Under the pieces are notes generated by a model, which saw only the letters and a program-made list of their open reading frames with translations, ran no database searches and had not been told where the DNA came from. A stretch of DNA of 61,232 nucleotides, counting the filler, from Diploschistes diacapsis (Eukaryota): assembly GCA_023645945.1 (NCBI GenBank). It is 7 parts of 7 records of this genome, joined end to end, with 100 filler letters (N's around TTAATTAATTAA, not from the genome) between each part and the next. Parts side by side here need not be neighbours in the genome. Positions count along the whole stretch, not along the records: positions 1 to 8,695 come from JALAIB010001116.1; positions 8,796 to 17,470 come from JALAIB010001117.1; 5 more parts are not named here. One strand, 5' to 3'. Positions 1 to 12,800 of the stretch are shown piece after piece. Made by a program: the position numbers and the translations under genes. Positions within the stretch are counted from its first letter, which is position 1, and every line of letters begins with the position of its first letter.

Positions 1-143
1 ATTATTTACTAGCGGCTCTATAAGGCAGAATAATACAAGTCTATTATTGGTCTATAATTGATTGATTAAATAAATTTTTTTGTTTTTGAATTTCCTGTCA
101 GATAAATGGCTTGTTGATCGCTGATTTCCTTTCTTCATCTCGG

Positions 144-2979
144 CTACGGCTGCGTATTGTTCCACAAACTCCCCACCGTCACTCCGTCCACCCACTTTCC
201 GCCCGTGTAGTCGCTGGCGACTTGGTAGCCCACGCTCATGCTCTCGCCCTTTCGCAAGTAGAATCCGTTGCTGTCAAGTCTCACCACCACTCCGGTGGGA
301 TAATCCAGCCAGGTCCAGACGCTGACGCCCTTGGTAGCCGTCACTGTAAAGGAGCTCGTCGAGCTGTCGTGGCTGAGATGCAAGCCTGGGTCCACGAGGC
401 CAGCATACGCGAGCGGCGTGGGCGTGAAAAGGTTGGCATGCGTGAATGTTGTTGGCGACGCCGCGTTGGGAAGAGTACCGGTGGCTGTGATGTTCATCAC
501 TAGTACCGAATCGGATGTATTCATGTTCAGCTCCGAGGTTTTAAGAGTGTGTACGAGCGTGGAGTTGATAGCGCCAACATTGAAGCTGACGGCCTTCGAA
601 GGGATGCTGGTGCTTGGTATGGGGCTACCGTTCCAGGAGAGCCAGGAGAAGGAAGCGGTGCCGGATACATTGCTCCAGAGGTCGGAAATCGCATAAATCG
701 AGAGCTCGCCCGTGGTGATATTGTTTAGTGGTGCGATGATAACGGGGTTGTAGATGTCCTTCGCGGTGTAGTGGAGGACTTTCCAGCGTCCGTCGTACTC
801 TATCCCGGCCCATGTAGGCGCTTGCCAGATGTCCTCAAGCTGCCAGTAGAGGGAGCCGAGCTGGCGATTAGGGAAGCCAGAGCCAGCACGGTAGAACTGA
901 ATCTCGGATTTATAAAAATCAGCCTGGAAAATTTGCGTAGTGTGGCACCACGCAGAGAAGTTGGCAAGGCCATTGGTCTTGTTCGGGGTAGGATAGTAAA
1001 GCTGAGCGGCCCAGGTCATCTCGCCCATACCGAGAGAAGAATTATCGAAGTTTGAGGTGTTAAGATCTTGGGAAGGATAGTGGTGGTTGCGTAAGACGAC
1101 TGTCGAGGAATTGAAGTATAGATCGTCGGGCGAGATAGCCTGTTGCCATGTTTGCAAAGATGGCATGCTGTGGAAGCCAAACTCATTTGCGAACCTCCCA
1201 ATAGGATAGCCCGAGATATTGAAAGCCTCCGAAGCATTGTAATTGTAGTAATCCGTATCACCATAGATGGACCCTGCCGTCACATTGTTGTACCGCTCAA
1301 CGATCGGTATTGGCTGTGAAAAGTTCAGATAAAGATAGCCGTTATTGGTACTTGAAGGCATGTAGCTAATGCTGTGAGAATTGCCAAAAACGGCCGGAAC
1401 AAGCACATCCAGAAATAGCTCTTCGTACTCATGCTGAAATCTGTCGAATTCATCTGGGTAAGTCTCATTGATTATAGCAAGCTCCAGACTCTCCAGCTCG
1501 TTTCCTCCAGCCCAAAGCGCAAGCGAAGGGTGATGGTTAAGGCGCCTTACGTTGTAAACGGCCTCTTCTCTCACATTGGCAAGGAAATCGGCAGCCACTG
1601 GATACAGACAGTCACCAAACTCGAATTCAGACCACAACAATATTCCAAGCTCGTCTGCCACGTCATAGAGATAATCCGGTCCGTAAGCGCCCGTGGCCCA
1701 TACTCTAAGCATGTTTTGACGACCTGCAACGACGGACTCAAAGAGCGACTGAATCCTCGATTGGTTCACGCGAGGCCAAAACGCGTCGGGGGGGATGAAG
1801 TTGGAGCCTTTGGCGTAGAACTCATGACCGTTAATCTCGAAATGCCAATTGTTCCCTGGAGCGATGCCTTGATCTAGCTGCTGCTGGGTGATGACCCCTT
1901 CGTTAAGGATTATCGTTCTAAAGCCCATTCGCTTTGTCACAGAGGCTATGGTTGAGCCGTGAACGACATCGACCTTGATGTTGTACAGGTTCTGAGCACC
2001 CATACCATTAGGCCACCATAATTGGTATTTTGAAGGATCGAGAACTGCCGTCCCGGTAATAGTTCCATTGGATGCAGTAACGTTGCTCAGGAAACCCGTG
2101 CCAGTTGTACTGTTAGACGCAGAGTCGGTGATCGTGTACTTCAGAGTCGCGCCGTTTGGCACTGTCCCAAGCACATCTATGCTGGCATTCAAAATCCATG
2201 GCTTTGTTTGGTCAGGAGGTAAGTTGTTTAGTTGCCCCTGGCGGTATAGATCAAAGTCCGCATTGCGCACGTATACTGCGCCGTCTTGGGCAAGCTGCAC
2301 CACGTACGCAGGCTGCCACGGACCCGCCGGCGCAAATGCTGGTCCCCAGTCCCAGCCGAAGTCACTCCCCTCTTTGCGGACGAATTCTCGGTTTGGGAAC
2401 TCAAAAGCTATCTCAACACCATATGGCCACGTCTCTTGGCCGGGCAATGCGGCCAGCTGATTTGCGATCTTTGGTGCACTCCCAAAGTTAATACTGAGCA
2501 CCGGAGGGCTTTCCGAACAGCTTGCTAGGGCATTTGAGACATCGAAGTAATACTGCCGAAACTGGTTATTGGTGCCGGCTACATATTGTCCGCAAAATGC
2601 GATGGTTGTAAATGTGTCAAGGCCGTTGAAGAGAAGCCACGTCTGTGAGTCGGTACCATTTTTTCTACCCTAGGGTTTCAGCAATAGTTCGAACAGCAAG
2701 GTGAGATGCCACGCCCACTCACAATCCTGATACAGGTGCACTGTAGGTCCAGTTGTTCTCGGCCACCCAGCGTAGGTTGAAATCGTTCAGACCGTAGTAG
2801 GGGTCACCGATGACTTGAGCGGCATACAGATCCAAATGAGCCTGAGAAGGCAGCGAGCCAGGAACTGATATATTCAAATCCGGATTTTGCAATGTCCAGC
2901 TACTCTGACTTAGGTCCACAACATTTTGGGCGAGTGCTGCAGCCAAGAGCACAGCGAGGGCGGAAGTGTGTAGCAGCAT
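144..2979 (-). CDS. mndA: Secreted beta-mannosidase A, glycoside hydrolase family 2
   Basis: Exon 1 is signal peptide [17 protein letters not shown] plus [33 protein letters not shown]. One intron near 2665-2720 joins it to the 785-aa ORF. GH2 motifs: [37 protein letters not shown] (acid/base Glu), RFANEFG (nucleophile), [16 protein letters not shown]. Confidence 0.93.
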
Positions 2980-3964
2980 CTCGGAGGTTCAACACCCATT
3001 ACCCATAAGTTTTCCCAAGAGTCATTCACTATTCCTATAGGACCTCCCCAACTATATGTACAAGCTTGCCTGCCTAGATGCCCCTCGAAAAGATTTACAT
3101 ACACCGAGCGAGAGCATGATGTCAGATGCGGGGAGAGCTTCAGGCTATCATCCTGGAGCGTTTGCGTAGTACTGCAGCAACGACCCTACTTTGGACCTTA
3201 GAGCCATTCGTGCGAAGCAAGAGAAGCCTGCAGTAGCCCATCGATAAGATCGATGCTATCGTATAGGTACGAGGATGCTTTGTTGGGCCGGGCTTCATCG
3301 CTGCGCTTCCTTAGAGCGGAATGCTAATGCCGCCTGGTGCCGCAGTTGATGGATTGAGGTTCGCTCCATTCACACTTGTACCCCACATTTCGAACTCAGC
3401 AGCGGAGCGGGAAACGAAGCTGTAGACGCAGGTGATTGCCTAGCATATTTAGTTAGCTGACAGGCTGCTCATCTGCTTGGACGGCGAGCTCTTTATGCAT
3501 GAAGTTGTTTTCACATAAGAAGGACCAGAGATTGAGAAGCGCGCAGCCCTACAAGTAGCCGCTAGTAAAACAAGCTGCGACCGATTTACGTCACACTCAT
3601 AGAGTACTGGAGCTCTCCGCCATTCCTTAACCCTTCAACTGCTAGTACTGAAGGATGAAGAGAGTAGGATCGTGTATTCTAATTTAGCACATATATAGAA
3701 GATAGGGTTTCACTATATGATCGTTTCTTTGCTAAGCAAATGCCCGGACAGGAGAGTCTTGCGAATGAAAAAGACAACATAGACGAGTACTATATTCACT
3801 CATTAGCTTGCACGAACCTCGTTACTAGCTTTGAAAGCCTCGTGAATTTGGTTCGGTTCTTCTTTGCAGCAGCGAGCAAGAGAGCCCAGTCAAACATAGA
3901 AACGCCGTCTGTTGCCATGAACCCATATACCTTGTTCTGGTGAACCCTTCGAAATGTCAATCCA

Positions 3965-4474
3965 TCAGCGCTTTCTCTGTTCCTCCGGGCCTGACTCCTC
4001 AGTATCTGTGTCTTCCTCTTCCTCTTCCCCTTCCTCTTCCTCTTCTTCTTCATCCTCATCAGTGTCTTCTTCAGACTCGGAGCTTCCGCGAGCCTGGGCC
4101 GGACGCTGATTAGCGGGACGACTTGGAAGTCTCCTGTCGCTCATGCCTCCAGCGCCAGTTCTGGGTTGCGTAGAAGATGCCGCAGCTATCGACTTCACCA
4201 TGAATGGCTCCCCTGGCGAGGAAACTGGGGTAGCTGCTTTGGATTTCAGTTTGTCCTCCATTGCTTTCAGGCGAGCTTCGAGCTCCGCGAGTTCCCTGTT
4301 TCGGTTATAGAGCTCCTTCTTTCTGATGTGAGAAGTGTCAGCATGGGACGTTGAAAATTCCACAAATCCATCACAGCATTTGTTGGCATACTTTTCTTCA
4401 ATAGCTTCGGAGCGCTCATCGTTGATGTCGAGACCAAAAACATTGTCGAGTGCGGCAGAGAACTGCTGTGCCAT
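3965..4474 (-). CDS. Small conserved-looking coiled-coil protein with acidic C-terminal tail, function unknown
   Basis: ATG ORF MAQQFSAALDNVF... with a probable in-frame 69-nt intron at 4323-4391 (GTATGC...CTGAC...CAG), heptad segment ELAELEARLKAMEDKLK and a poly-E tail. Confidence 0.7.
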   Translation of the reverse strand: MAQQFSAALDNVFGLDINDERSEAIEEKYANKCCDGFVEFSTSHADTSHIRKKELYNRNRELAELEARLKAMEDKLKSKAATPVSSPGEPFMVKSIAAASSTQPRTGAGGMSDRRLPSRPANQRPAQARGSSESEEDTDEDEEEEEEEGEEEEEDTDTEESGPEEQRKR

Positions 4475-5245
4475 GATTCTTCATCAGAAATGGTCAGCCC
4501 CAGGCTTGCGCTCCATGATGATAAGCATACGACTGGGGCCTGCCCTTGTCTTTCCACTCTCTATCGCGGCTCGCCATCTTGTGTTGCCGAGTTTCTAGCA
4601 CGTGTCGCGACTTCGTATCAAATCTAGAGGCAGTCGTTTGGAGCAAAAGGTACGTTTATCGAGCGACGGGCGAAGCAAGCCTCTAGCAATTTGCAAGCCA
4701 AAGGTCCTGTCATCAGTGGAACACAGAGAGTGGAGGAGGTACGTATTCTAATTAAGCGTTGTGTCCAAGAGGGGAGAAGCTCCCAAGGGATGACATTCTC
4801 AGTCAGGTACGAGGTTCACCGGACCAGGCACAAGAGAAGGTTAACTGAGCGCAGCAGCAGCGGAGCAACGAATAATGAATGGGGTTTCATCAGGCGCTTG
4901 TACGGAATGATTCTAGTGTAAGAAACCCTGGAGACTGCCAAGACTGGAGGAAAGCTGCAAAGAAGAGTGTATCTCCATTTTTTATTGTTGATCAGTACTT
5001 TCTCACTTCATCCAATGTTCCTCTTAATAGTAAAGCTCAATCTTGTTCCATAGTGCAGAAGCGCATCGGCTGTTTAATTCTAATCAATTTCTTTATTTCT
5101 GGGTGGCATTTTTGTGTTATCATGCCCACGTAGGCACTTGCTGATCCTCACCCGTGACTATCAACTGTTTTCTTGCGACCGACTGTGGCTCCAATACGTG
5201 TCTTTCTCACCACCAGACTGGCCAAAATATGATACATTATGGAGA

Positions 5246-8188
5246 ATGAATATCGACACGCTTCACACCCCTCTTGAAGTGTTACTGTTCTTCCAGTCAC
5301 TACGAACCCACAGTATCGACAGTACAAGCTTCGGTCGCATATCGAGCATCCTCCAAGGAAACGAGTTTATCCACCAGAATAGTAACTACAACGCTGAAAG
5401 GCTCAGTCCCAGTTCCCTTCAGGCCCTCTATCTGCAGCTACTAAAGGATGAACTGCGGAGTGAGAGGAACTCCAGGGCCAGTCCGGTAAAAGACGGTGAA
5501 TACAATCCAAAGAAACGGAAACTATCAACTCCACCGCTACAAACTATTGAGGAAGCTGCCGAGCACAAGCACCTGATACCCCGACTGGTCAACAGGCTTT
5601 ATGCGCGATACCGCGATCATGCAGTCCAAGTTATCCTCGAGGAAGAGCAGAGATATAGGATCTTGACAAGGGAAATTGAAGAAATCGAGCAGGGTCAATG
5701 GGATGGTCGGTTGCAGGCCGAAGAGGAGGCGCGCAAGACCCAAAGGGTTGTTCCCTCAATTCAAACACTGTTAAGAGATCCGGAGGAAGATGAAGTTATT
5801 GCACGTAAGCCTTGGCAGAAGCCAGCAGAGCCTGAACCGGCCCAAGAGGAGAAGAAACCTTCTACATCTACCACAAACGGCGCTGCTATTACTCCAGGAT
5901 CTTCAGAAATCGGGCAGCTCGGCGTTGCTGCGCCCATTCCTAGAGCACCTGTACCGCCAAGCACAAGGTATTCTCAGACTGTCCCTTTGCCGGCTCGCCG
6001 GGAAGACTCCCAAGGCCAAGCTAGACCTACTCCTCCGTCCCAAGCACAACCTCCGTTGCCGCCTTTACCTTATTTGGGCGCTTCTTCATTTGAGCAGCAG
6101 AGGCCGTCCACGAGGCCTCCTTCTGTCAGTGGGCAGTCTGCAGCAAGTCCAAGGCTCGTAGAGAACGACCGTGGGCCCGCGTCCCCTATCATACTTCCTC
6201 CTCCGCCGCTGGGTACGGCGAGGGCTTCGAAATCACCAACAGCACCAACGCCTAACCTTCCTTTGCCTCCGCCAGGACAGGCTCCGCTGTTACCGCCACC
6301 TTCTCCGATCCCGCAGCAAAGTAGCTATTCCGCTCAGCGTCCATACCCCTACTTCGACCACAAGACTTCCTATAACCCTTCGTATCCTCACTATGGCCAA
6401 CAACATCCCGTCCCTCCACATCCTCCCTCCGCACGGGTTCAGATACCTCCTTACGTGACTCCTGTGCACGCCGGTTACGGAACACCCGCAATACCAAGCG
6501 GTAGCCCACTCTACCCTAGTCCCAGCCACTTCGGCATATTTCAGTCTGCACCTCCTACTCAACACGCTCAGAGAACTGGCTTACCATCACACTTACCGCT
6601 AGACCATATCCCCAATAATACTGCTCCTACAACCTCTGCGAGTAGCATTCACGATAAGCGCCGTCTACAAGATCTACCACCCATCGATACGTCCGTATCA
6701 TCGACAAAATGGAAGCCAAGCACCGAGTATGTACCAAGAGAAGCTCAGAAATCCCCAGTCCCTCCAGACCACAGCCCATACCTGCCAAGCTCTCCTTCGC
6801 CTTCTCCAGAGTTCGAACCGCTTCGCCTGGACACCAAAGTTCCACAAACTGCTTCTGAAGAAACACCCACCCGAGTCCCAAATCGGGGCCGGGGACGAGG
6901 TCGCTGGGGCGGCAGAGGCAGCCGTGGCCGAGGCGGAGGAAGCGGCACCCTCTCGTCGCCAGCTATTGCAACACCCGCAGACTCCAAAGCGCGCAGCCAA
7001 TCCGTCGCCTCCACCATGTCCAATCCCATAACAGAAACCACCTCGTCCCGCCGCGTCAAAGCCGAACCCACCGCCACCCCTACACCAGCCACAGCCGACG
7101 AGGCCTCACTGGTCTCCACACCCGCAGTAGACACACTCCATCCCTCCCGCCGCAGCATTGCCAACCTCCGAAACGATACCATCCCTCAACCAGGCCGCAA
7201 GCGCAAACGCGCCGACACGCTGGAAGATGGCACGTCCGACCTCCGTTCCTACACTCCCGTCGCCAACACTACGCAGCCTAGCATGCGACCGAACCAAGTC
7301 CTCGCAAGCCGAAACTTCCCCCGCGTCGTCTCCGCCCTCTTGCACGACATCCAAACGCACAAACTCGCCTCCCTCTTCGCCAAACCCATTACGGAGCGCG
7401 ACGCGCCGGGATACAGGGGCTTGGTGTATCAGCCCCAGGACATCAAGAGCATACGCGGCGCCATCTCGGCGGGGAGCCGGTTCGTGGCCAGTCTCAGCGA
7501 CGCTGTTGCTGCTGTCGCGACGCCGGCTGGCGGCGGAGCCGCGGACGTGGACACGGAAAGCACGGCCGCGACGCCCGTGCCTGCTTCTGCTACAGGAGGA
7601 GGCGGAGGAGGCGGAGGTGGCAACAACGCCGGGAGCAAGGGAGGCAGCATCTGGCTGCCCCGCACCTCGGACGTCGTGCCGCCCAAGGCCATCGTCAACA
7701 GCGCGCAGCTGGAGAAGGAGGTGTGCCGCATGTTCGCCAACGCGGTCATGTTCAATCCGGATCCGAAGCGCGGCGTTGGCCCCTCGTTTAGGTTCAGCAC
7801 GCACAAGAGGTTGGGAGGTGGGGTCGGTGGTGCTGCTCGGGCTGGTGGGCGAGGCAGAGGCAGAGGTAGAGGTGGAGGCAGAGGCAGAGGGGAAGAAGAT
7901 GAGGACGAGGACGAGGAGAGGAGCGATGCGGAGGAAGAGCAGGCGGATAGCGGGGAGGAGTTTGGGGACGACGGCGCGGGCGGGTTCGTGAGGGATGCGA
8001 GGGAGATGTTCGAGGACGTGGAGAGGAGCGTGCAGGCTTGGAGGGCGGCGGAGAGGGTCAACGATGATGGGAGCAGTGGTGGTGGGAGCGTCGCAGGGAA
8101 AGGAGGGGAGGTGGTGACTGAAGAGGGGGTTGGGAAAGAAGAAGACGGAGGTTGGGAGGAGGGCTTGAGGAGGAGCAGGAGAGGTTGA
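5246..8188 (+). CDS. BRD8/Bdc1-like bromodomain protein (NuA4-type chromatin factor)
   Basis: Likely ATG at 5246 (MNIDTLHTPLEVLLFFQSL). N-terminal helical/coiled-coil region, long Pro-rich linker, GRGR repeats, and a C-terminal bromodomain (LASLFAKPITERDAPGY...QDIKSIR ... SAQLEKEVCRMFANAVMFN). Confidence 0.75.
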   Translation: MNIDTLHTPLEVLLFFQSLRTHSIDSTSFGRISSILQGNEFIHQNSNYNAERLSPSSLQALYLQLLKDELRSERNSRASPVKDGEYNPKKRKLSTPPLQTIEEAAEHKHLIPRLVNRLYARYRDHAVQVILEEEQRYRILTREIEEIEQGQWDGRLQAEEEARKTQRVVPSIQTLLRDPEEDEVIARKPWQKPAEPEPAQEEKKPSTSTTNGAAITPGSSEIGQLGVAAPIPRAPVPPSTRYSQTVPLPARREDSQGQARPTPPSQAQPPLPPLPYLGASSFEQQRPSTRPPSVSGQSAASPRLVENDRGPASPIILPPPPLGTARASKSPTAPTPNLPLPPPGQAPLLPPPSPIPQQSSYSAQRPYPYFDHKTSYNPSYPHYGQQHPVPPHPPSARVQIPPYVTPVHAGYGTPAIPSGSPLYPSPSHFGIFQSAPPTQHAQRTGLPSHLPLDHIPNNTAPTTSASSIHDKRRLQDLPPIDTSVSSTKWKPSTEYVPREAQKSPVPPDHSPYLPSSPSPSPEFEPLRLDTKVPQTASEETPTRVPNRGRGRGRWGGRGSRGRGGGSGTLSSPAIATPADSKARSQSVASTMSNPITETTSSRRVKAEPTATPTPATADEASLVSTPAVDTLHPSRRSIANLRNDTIPQPGRKRKRADTLEDGTSDLRSYTPVANTTQPSMRPNQVLASRNFPRVVSALLHDIQTHKLASLFAKPITERDAPGYRGLVYQPQDIKSIRGAISAGSRFVASLSDAVAAVATPAGGGAADVDTESTAATPVPASATGGGGGGGGGNNAGSKGGSIWLPRTSDVVPPKAIVNSAQLEKEVCRMFANAVMFNPDPKRGVGPSFRFSTHKRLGGGVGGAARAGGRGRGRGRGGGRGRGEEDEDEDEERSDAEEEQADSGEEFGDDGAGGFVRDAREMFEDVERSVQAWRAAERVNDDGSSGGGSVAGKGGEVVTEEGVGKEEDGGWEEGLRRSRRG

Positions 8189-8695
8189 GAAAGTCAAGCC
8201 GATATAAAGAAAGGAGAGGAGAGAGGGAGCGAAGGAATATCGTTGCTTGGTCAGGAAGGAATTACGAGTGTGCAGCGTGCATCATGATGTGAAGACGGGA
8301 TCGGGATATCTTAGCGGACCTTAGCAATCTTCGTACGGCCAGCTAGCTAGCTCCCGGTACGAGAAAACTTTAGTGTAGTAAGAGCTTTCGGAAGAAATTA
8401 TTTCCAAACAAAGATTGACTTGAGGAAAAGGAGAAGTAATCAGTATGCATGGGATTCTCTACCCGCGGGAAATGTAGACCCTTCCAAAAGGAAAATCAAT
8501 CAACCAAAACGCCATGGTCGTCCTATGATCATGAGCCAGCCAATTGCACACACACACACACAGGCCCCCTCTCTCCGACCTTCCCCAGTCGGCTGCTGCA
8601 CCGCCCACCTCCTCTCCCCTACCCTTATTTCGCTTTCCGCTTTCCCTTCCCTTCCCGTCCCGCTCTACCACTCCACCTCTCCATCTGCACAATCC

Positions 8696-8795
8696 NNNNN
8701 NNNNNNNNNNNNNNNNNNNNNNNNNNNNNNNNNNNNNNNTTAATTAATTAANNNNNNNNNNNNNNNNNNNNNNNNNNNNNNNNNNNNNNNNNNNN
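8696..8795. other. Artificial contig linker (N-run + TTAATTAATTAA + N-run, 100 nt)
   Basis: Identical 100-nt spacer at 8696, 17471, 26241, 35005, 43753 and 52500. TTAATTAATTAA places stop codons in all six frames. Confidence 0.98.
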
Positions 8796-9853
8796 GCAGA
8801 TAGGGGAGTCGAGGGGTTAAGTGCTTGTGTGCTGTTGTTTGGGCATGATGGTGGAAGAACTGATGGCAAGCTCAAGCTCGGCGTTCATGGGAGGTCTTTA
8901 GTAGGTTCGGCTCGCATGCTTGAGAGGTTGTTTCAAGCAGCCATTCCACTGGTAAACTTAGCAACCACGAAGTACTCGGTAGGATCCCCATTCTACAATA
9001 TATCACCCCATGTCCAAATGTTAGCGCTCTGGTTCTTTGGTGGCAGTGGCATCCGCGAAGAAGAATAAGACATTCTAACGGTCGGATAAAGCTGGAGAGG
9101 AGGTAAAGACCATGAGCTGTCAGGTGTGATCATCAAGTCTGTTAACTTTGATTCTAGTCGGCCTCTTCCGGCCTCACATTTCGGAATGTTTTCTGGCGCA
9201 TATGCTTACTGCACGCCTGCTGATCTTATCTAGCCTCCCAGTACACAGCAAATACCTCTTCCACCCATTGATCCCCACACCAGAGGCTCCAAGGATGCTT
9301 CAGATTCGCTGCACAAAAAAATGACACTTGAAGCTCTCTCTGGGGCCTTTCGGATTGATTTGTGTTGATCTAAAGCCTCCTTGTAGCTTTCGGGTGGGCA
9401 CGAAGCGGTGGAGGAGGTTATTTGCTATGCAATAGTTTATTAACATCGCCCTGCGCTGTCATCTAGTTGTACCACAGCCTTACGCTGTTCTCTTCCTGCC
9501 TCACTATCCCGCTTGTCCTCGCCGTGAAATAATTACATTATCCAACGGCTTTGAAATATCTCGAAAAGGCATTTTCTAAAGAGAGCCTTGTGTCAATCTG
9601 GTCGTGTACCCGGTAGGCGGCCCAAAGAGCTCACTCATCCAATAGAGTTTCCCAGACCTGCATGTCGTATCTCGACAAGGCTGCCATATGTCACTGTGTG
9701 GTGGGGTCCTACGAAGGGAGCAGCTTACAAGTCCAAACCCGCCTGGGCGCTTCGTCAGACTCGACTTCTTCATAGCCTCATGAGTTCTGGTTGGCATGGA
9801 CTTCCTACAGAACCTGCTACTCTGAACTCTAGATCCGAGACTTTTTAAGAAAA

Positions 9854-12800
9854 ATGGCTGGGAAAGATGTGGCGTATGAAGCGAGCCATTTCAGACTATC
9901 AGTCGATATGGCAGAGGTCAAAAGAGCTTGGGAGCCGCTAAGGACTCACACCTTCGTGCCTCAATACCCTTATATGACTCCTAAGAACGGCGCGAGCTCT
10001 CAGGACCTAATCGCTACCTGGGTTGAAGACGTATGCGAGCAGTCCTGGTCTGATGATGGCCCACCCCCCCAGGCGTTGATTGACATCAGGGCCGCTTATA
10101 GGACTGATTCGGCTCTATATAGACATGGCCTTTCTACCCCACCTAATCTAACACCTGAGTATCAAACTCATCAAGTCAAACCCATAAAGGTTGGAATCTC
10201 GAAAATAGCAACTGCAGATTCCCATGTAAAGACGAAGGCTATCGGAACAAGCGCTCCTAATGCTAACGACAAAGGTCCCCAAGAGTCTCTCCAATCTTCT
10301 GATGGGAGTGACATTCACGACTCTCAATTCTCTGTGTCTTGGCTTGAAGAGGAGGACGTTGTACAAACGACTCTTGATGTGCCGTCCAATTCTGATCAGA
10401 TTGCTGATCCTTTAGCGGACCCAACGCAACCTCAAGCTCCACAGACTGACGTCGATCTATTAGATCCCGAATCATGGATGGGCTCAATGCAAGAAATAGA
10501 ATCTATAGTGCTAGCACGATCCTATTATCGATTCATGACAAAGGACATGAGTGATACTGCTAGGAAAGAATCCTTTTCGCCTCAAGCCCAACACTATTCA
10601 GGCAACTCTGAGGTGCAACAGACATTCTACCAATCATACACATTGCCACAACAGCGGCCTCTTATCATTCCCTCTGATACTTGGGAACGGCTTGTATCTA
10701 TAGAAAACGAGCTTTTAGACAGATGGAAAGAATCTCGGCACCCAATATTTGGTCCTCTACTCAGAGCCAGAAACATATTGCTGTCACTCTGTGCAACAAT
10801 CCACTTTCTACAAGAAAAGTATTCGGCTTCGTGGAGCAGCTTCACGATACTTGTTGAATATCCCTTGACCGATGACGTCTACCTAATTGAATATAGTATA
10901 GAAGATGTACTAATAGAGATTCAGGCATTGAATACACACATGTGGGGCCTTATTCATATTCCCATCTTTAACTTCGTGAGGTTTAATGATGAAAGTTTAA
11001 GAGGAGGATACGACTTGCTAGACCGAATTTGCGATCGTCGCGGTGCGGGTGTGTTTTGGAGTGCTAGGAAATGGGAGTTGTTTGCAATATCGTTGGATAT
11101 AGCTATGATCTCCCATTTCGCGGCACATGTTGTTCGGTCACAGGAGCATTTCTCAGCACTAGATCAGTTTTTAGTGGGTACAATGCCCTCACCTATAGAT
11201 TTAGGTGCCTATAACCTGGCATTTGTACCTAGGTATCTTCAATGCTTTGGAGAACATCTGAAGGATGCGGCAGTTTACGTCTTACAGACATCCAATTGGC
11301 AGAATAGCGCACGTCTTCGTGTATGCTCAAAGATTGGGGCGTTGTCCGAAGTCTGGGGACCTGTGTGGAAAGTTCGAGCAGGTCTTGATGAGGATATCGG
11401 ATACTTCTATGCTCTAGGACAAGGTTTGATCGGTCAAAGACCTCCAGGACTAGAGCCAGAGATCAACGGACCACGCTCTCCCCCAGAGGTGATAGACTGC
11501 CACTTTGTCTTGTCAAAGAATGCAACTAGCCAGGATATCGTACCACTTGTCGCTCCGACAGACGCACTGCTCGCGATTGGTGCTGGGCTGAAGTCCAATA
11601 AAAAGTGCCAAACCAGCGCTTCTCAAAAACTTTTGGGCCTAGATATTCGTCCGCACGGCACATCAAGATCAACCTATACCTCAGGGCCTGTTACATGGTC
11701 CCTATCGTTCCAATATTCCGGTCTGCAGATTGGAGCGCAAAAGCAGATGATTCTGCGCCATGGCATCACCCGCAAAGAAATGCTTGTGAACAAATGGACC
11801 TTGAGTCCTTCAGAGAGAAACCCGGAAGTACTCCGTCTTTGGTGCGGACTTGAGGTGAGTCTTTGTACTCGTAACGCGCGAAGAGTCCAGCTCTTCCATA
11901 TACTAAGATCGGAACACACGGCCAAGCTTTTTCAATCAAGACTGTGGAAGCATGAAGCCGCTGCTACGGCATTCAGTGAAGCGCTTTCGCAGCCAGACTG
12001 TTCTTTCCTGATAGCGCTCTACAACAGTCGGCCCGAATGGAGAGAAGACATTGGTTCAGCCATTGGATCTGTGCTCCGTAGCTTGTCTGAGACAGGTCTA
12101 CAAGGGAACGTTTTTCAGATCTATCATTACGCTGGGAATCATGGTGATGATGAACAGCTTGTATCCCTTCGACCAACACAGCACAGCTGGACAGCAGTGC
12201 TTAACGACAGCATCTACACCGCGACTTTTGCAATAGTCAGTCATCAATGTTTGTCATTTCCGCGTGAAACTGGGCCTGGGCAACAGTGCCGATCGGAGTG
12301 TCATGGACAGCCACAGAAAAGCAGCCTGCAAACATTCATAGAAGCGGTACCGGATACGCCGCCGCTCGACTGGCATTCTCAAGTCTGCTCGGGGAAGTAT
12401 CTACCCATCAACGACTCGCGTACTCAAGTCCTCAAAGTCCTGGGACATACGCGTCACGGGGAACTTGTTGTTCGTCTATCAACGAAAAGCTATCTACATG
12501 CCGCTTCAATGAAATTACTGCTTTCCGCAGACGCATACCGCTTCCGAGAATGTATGAATCGTGAGAGCAATGCTGGAAAAGCAGGTATCAATGTGTTCGT
12601 CTTGTCTGATAAAAACAATGAGTTTCCCACTTCCAAAGGCAAAGACCGAGTCGTTGAGGGTAACGAATTGAAACCAACTGCAACGGTCCTTACTAAGAAC
12701 GAAGCGTATGTGGACAAAACCGAAAGCGTACATGCTCAGTATTCCGGTAAGACATGGCAAAGTGCTGAGCGCGGTGATTGCATGGCCACTCAGCTCCCAG

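Noticed and set aside
8740..8751. TTAATTAATTAA palindrome recurring every ~8.75 kb as a biological periodic element
   Set aside because: It is always embedded in N-runs of identical total length, so it is an assembly linker.
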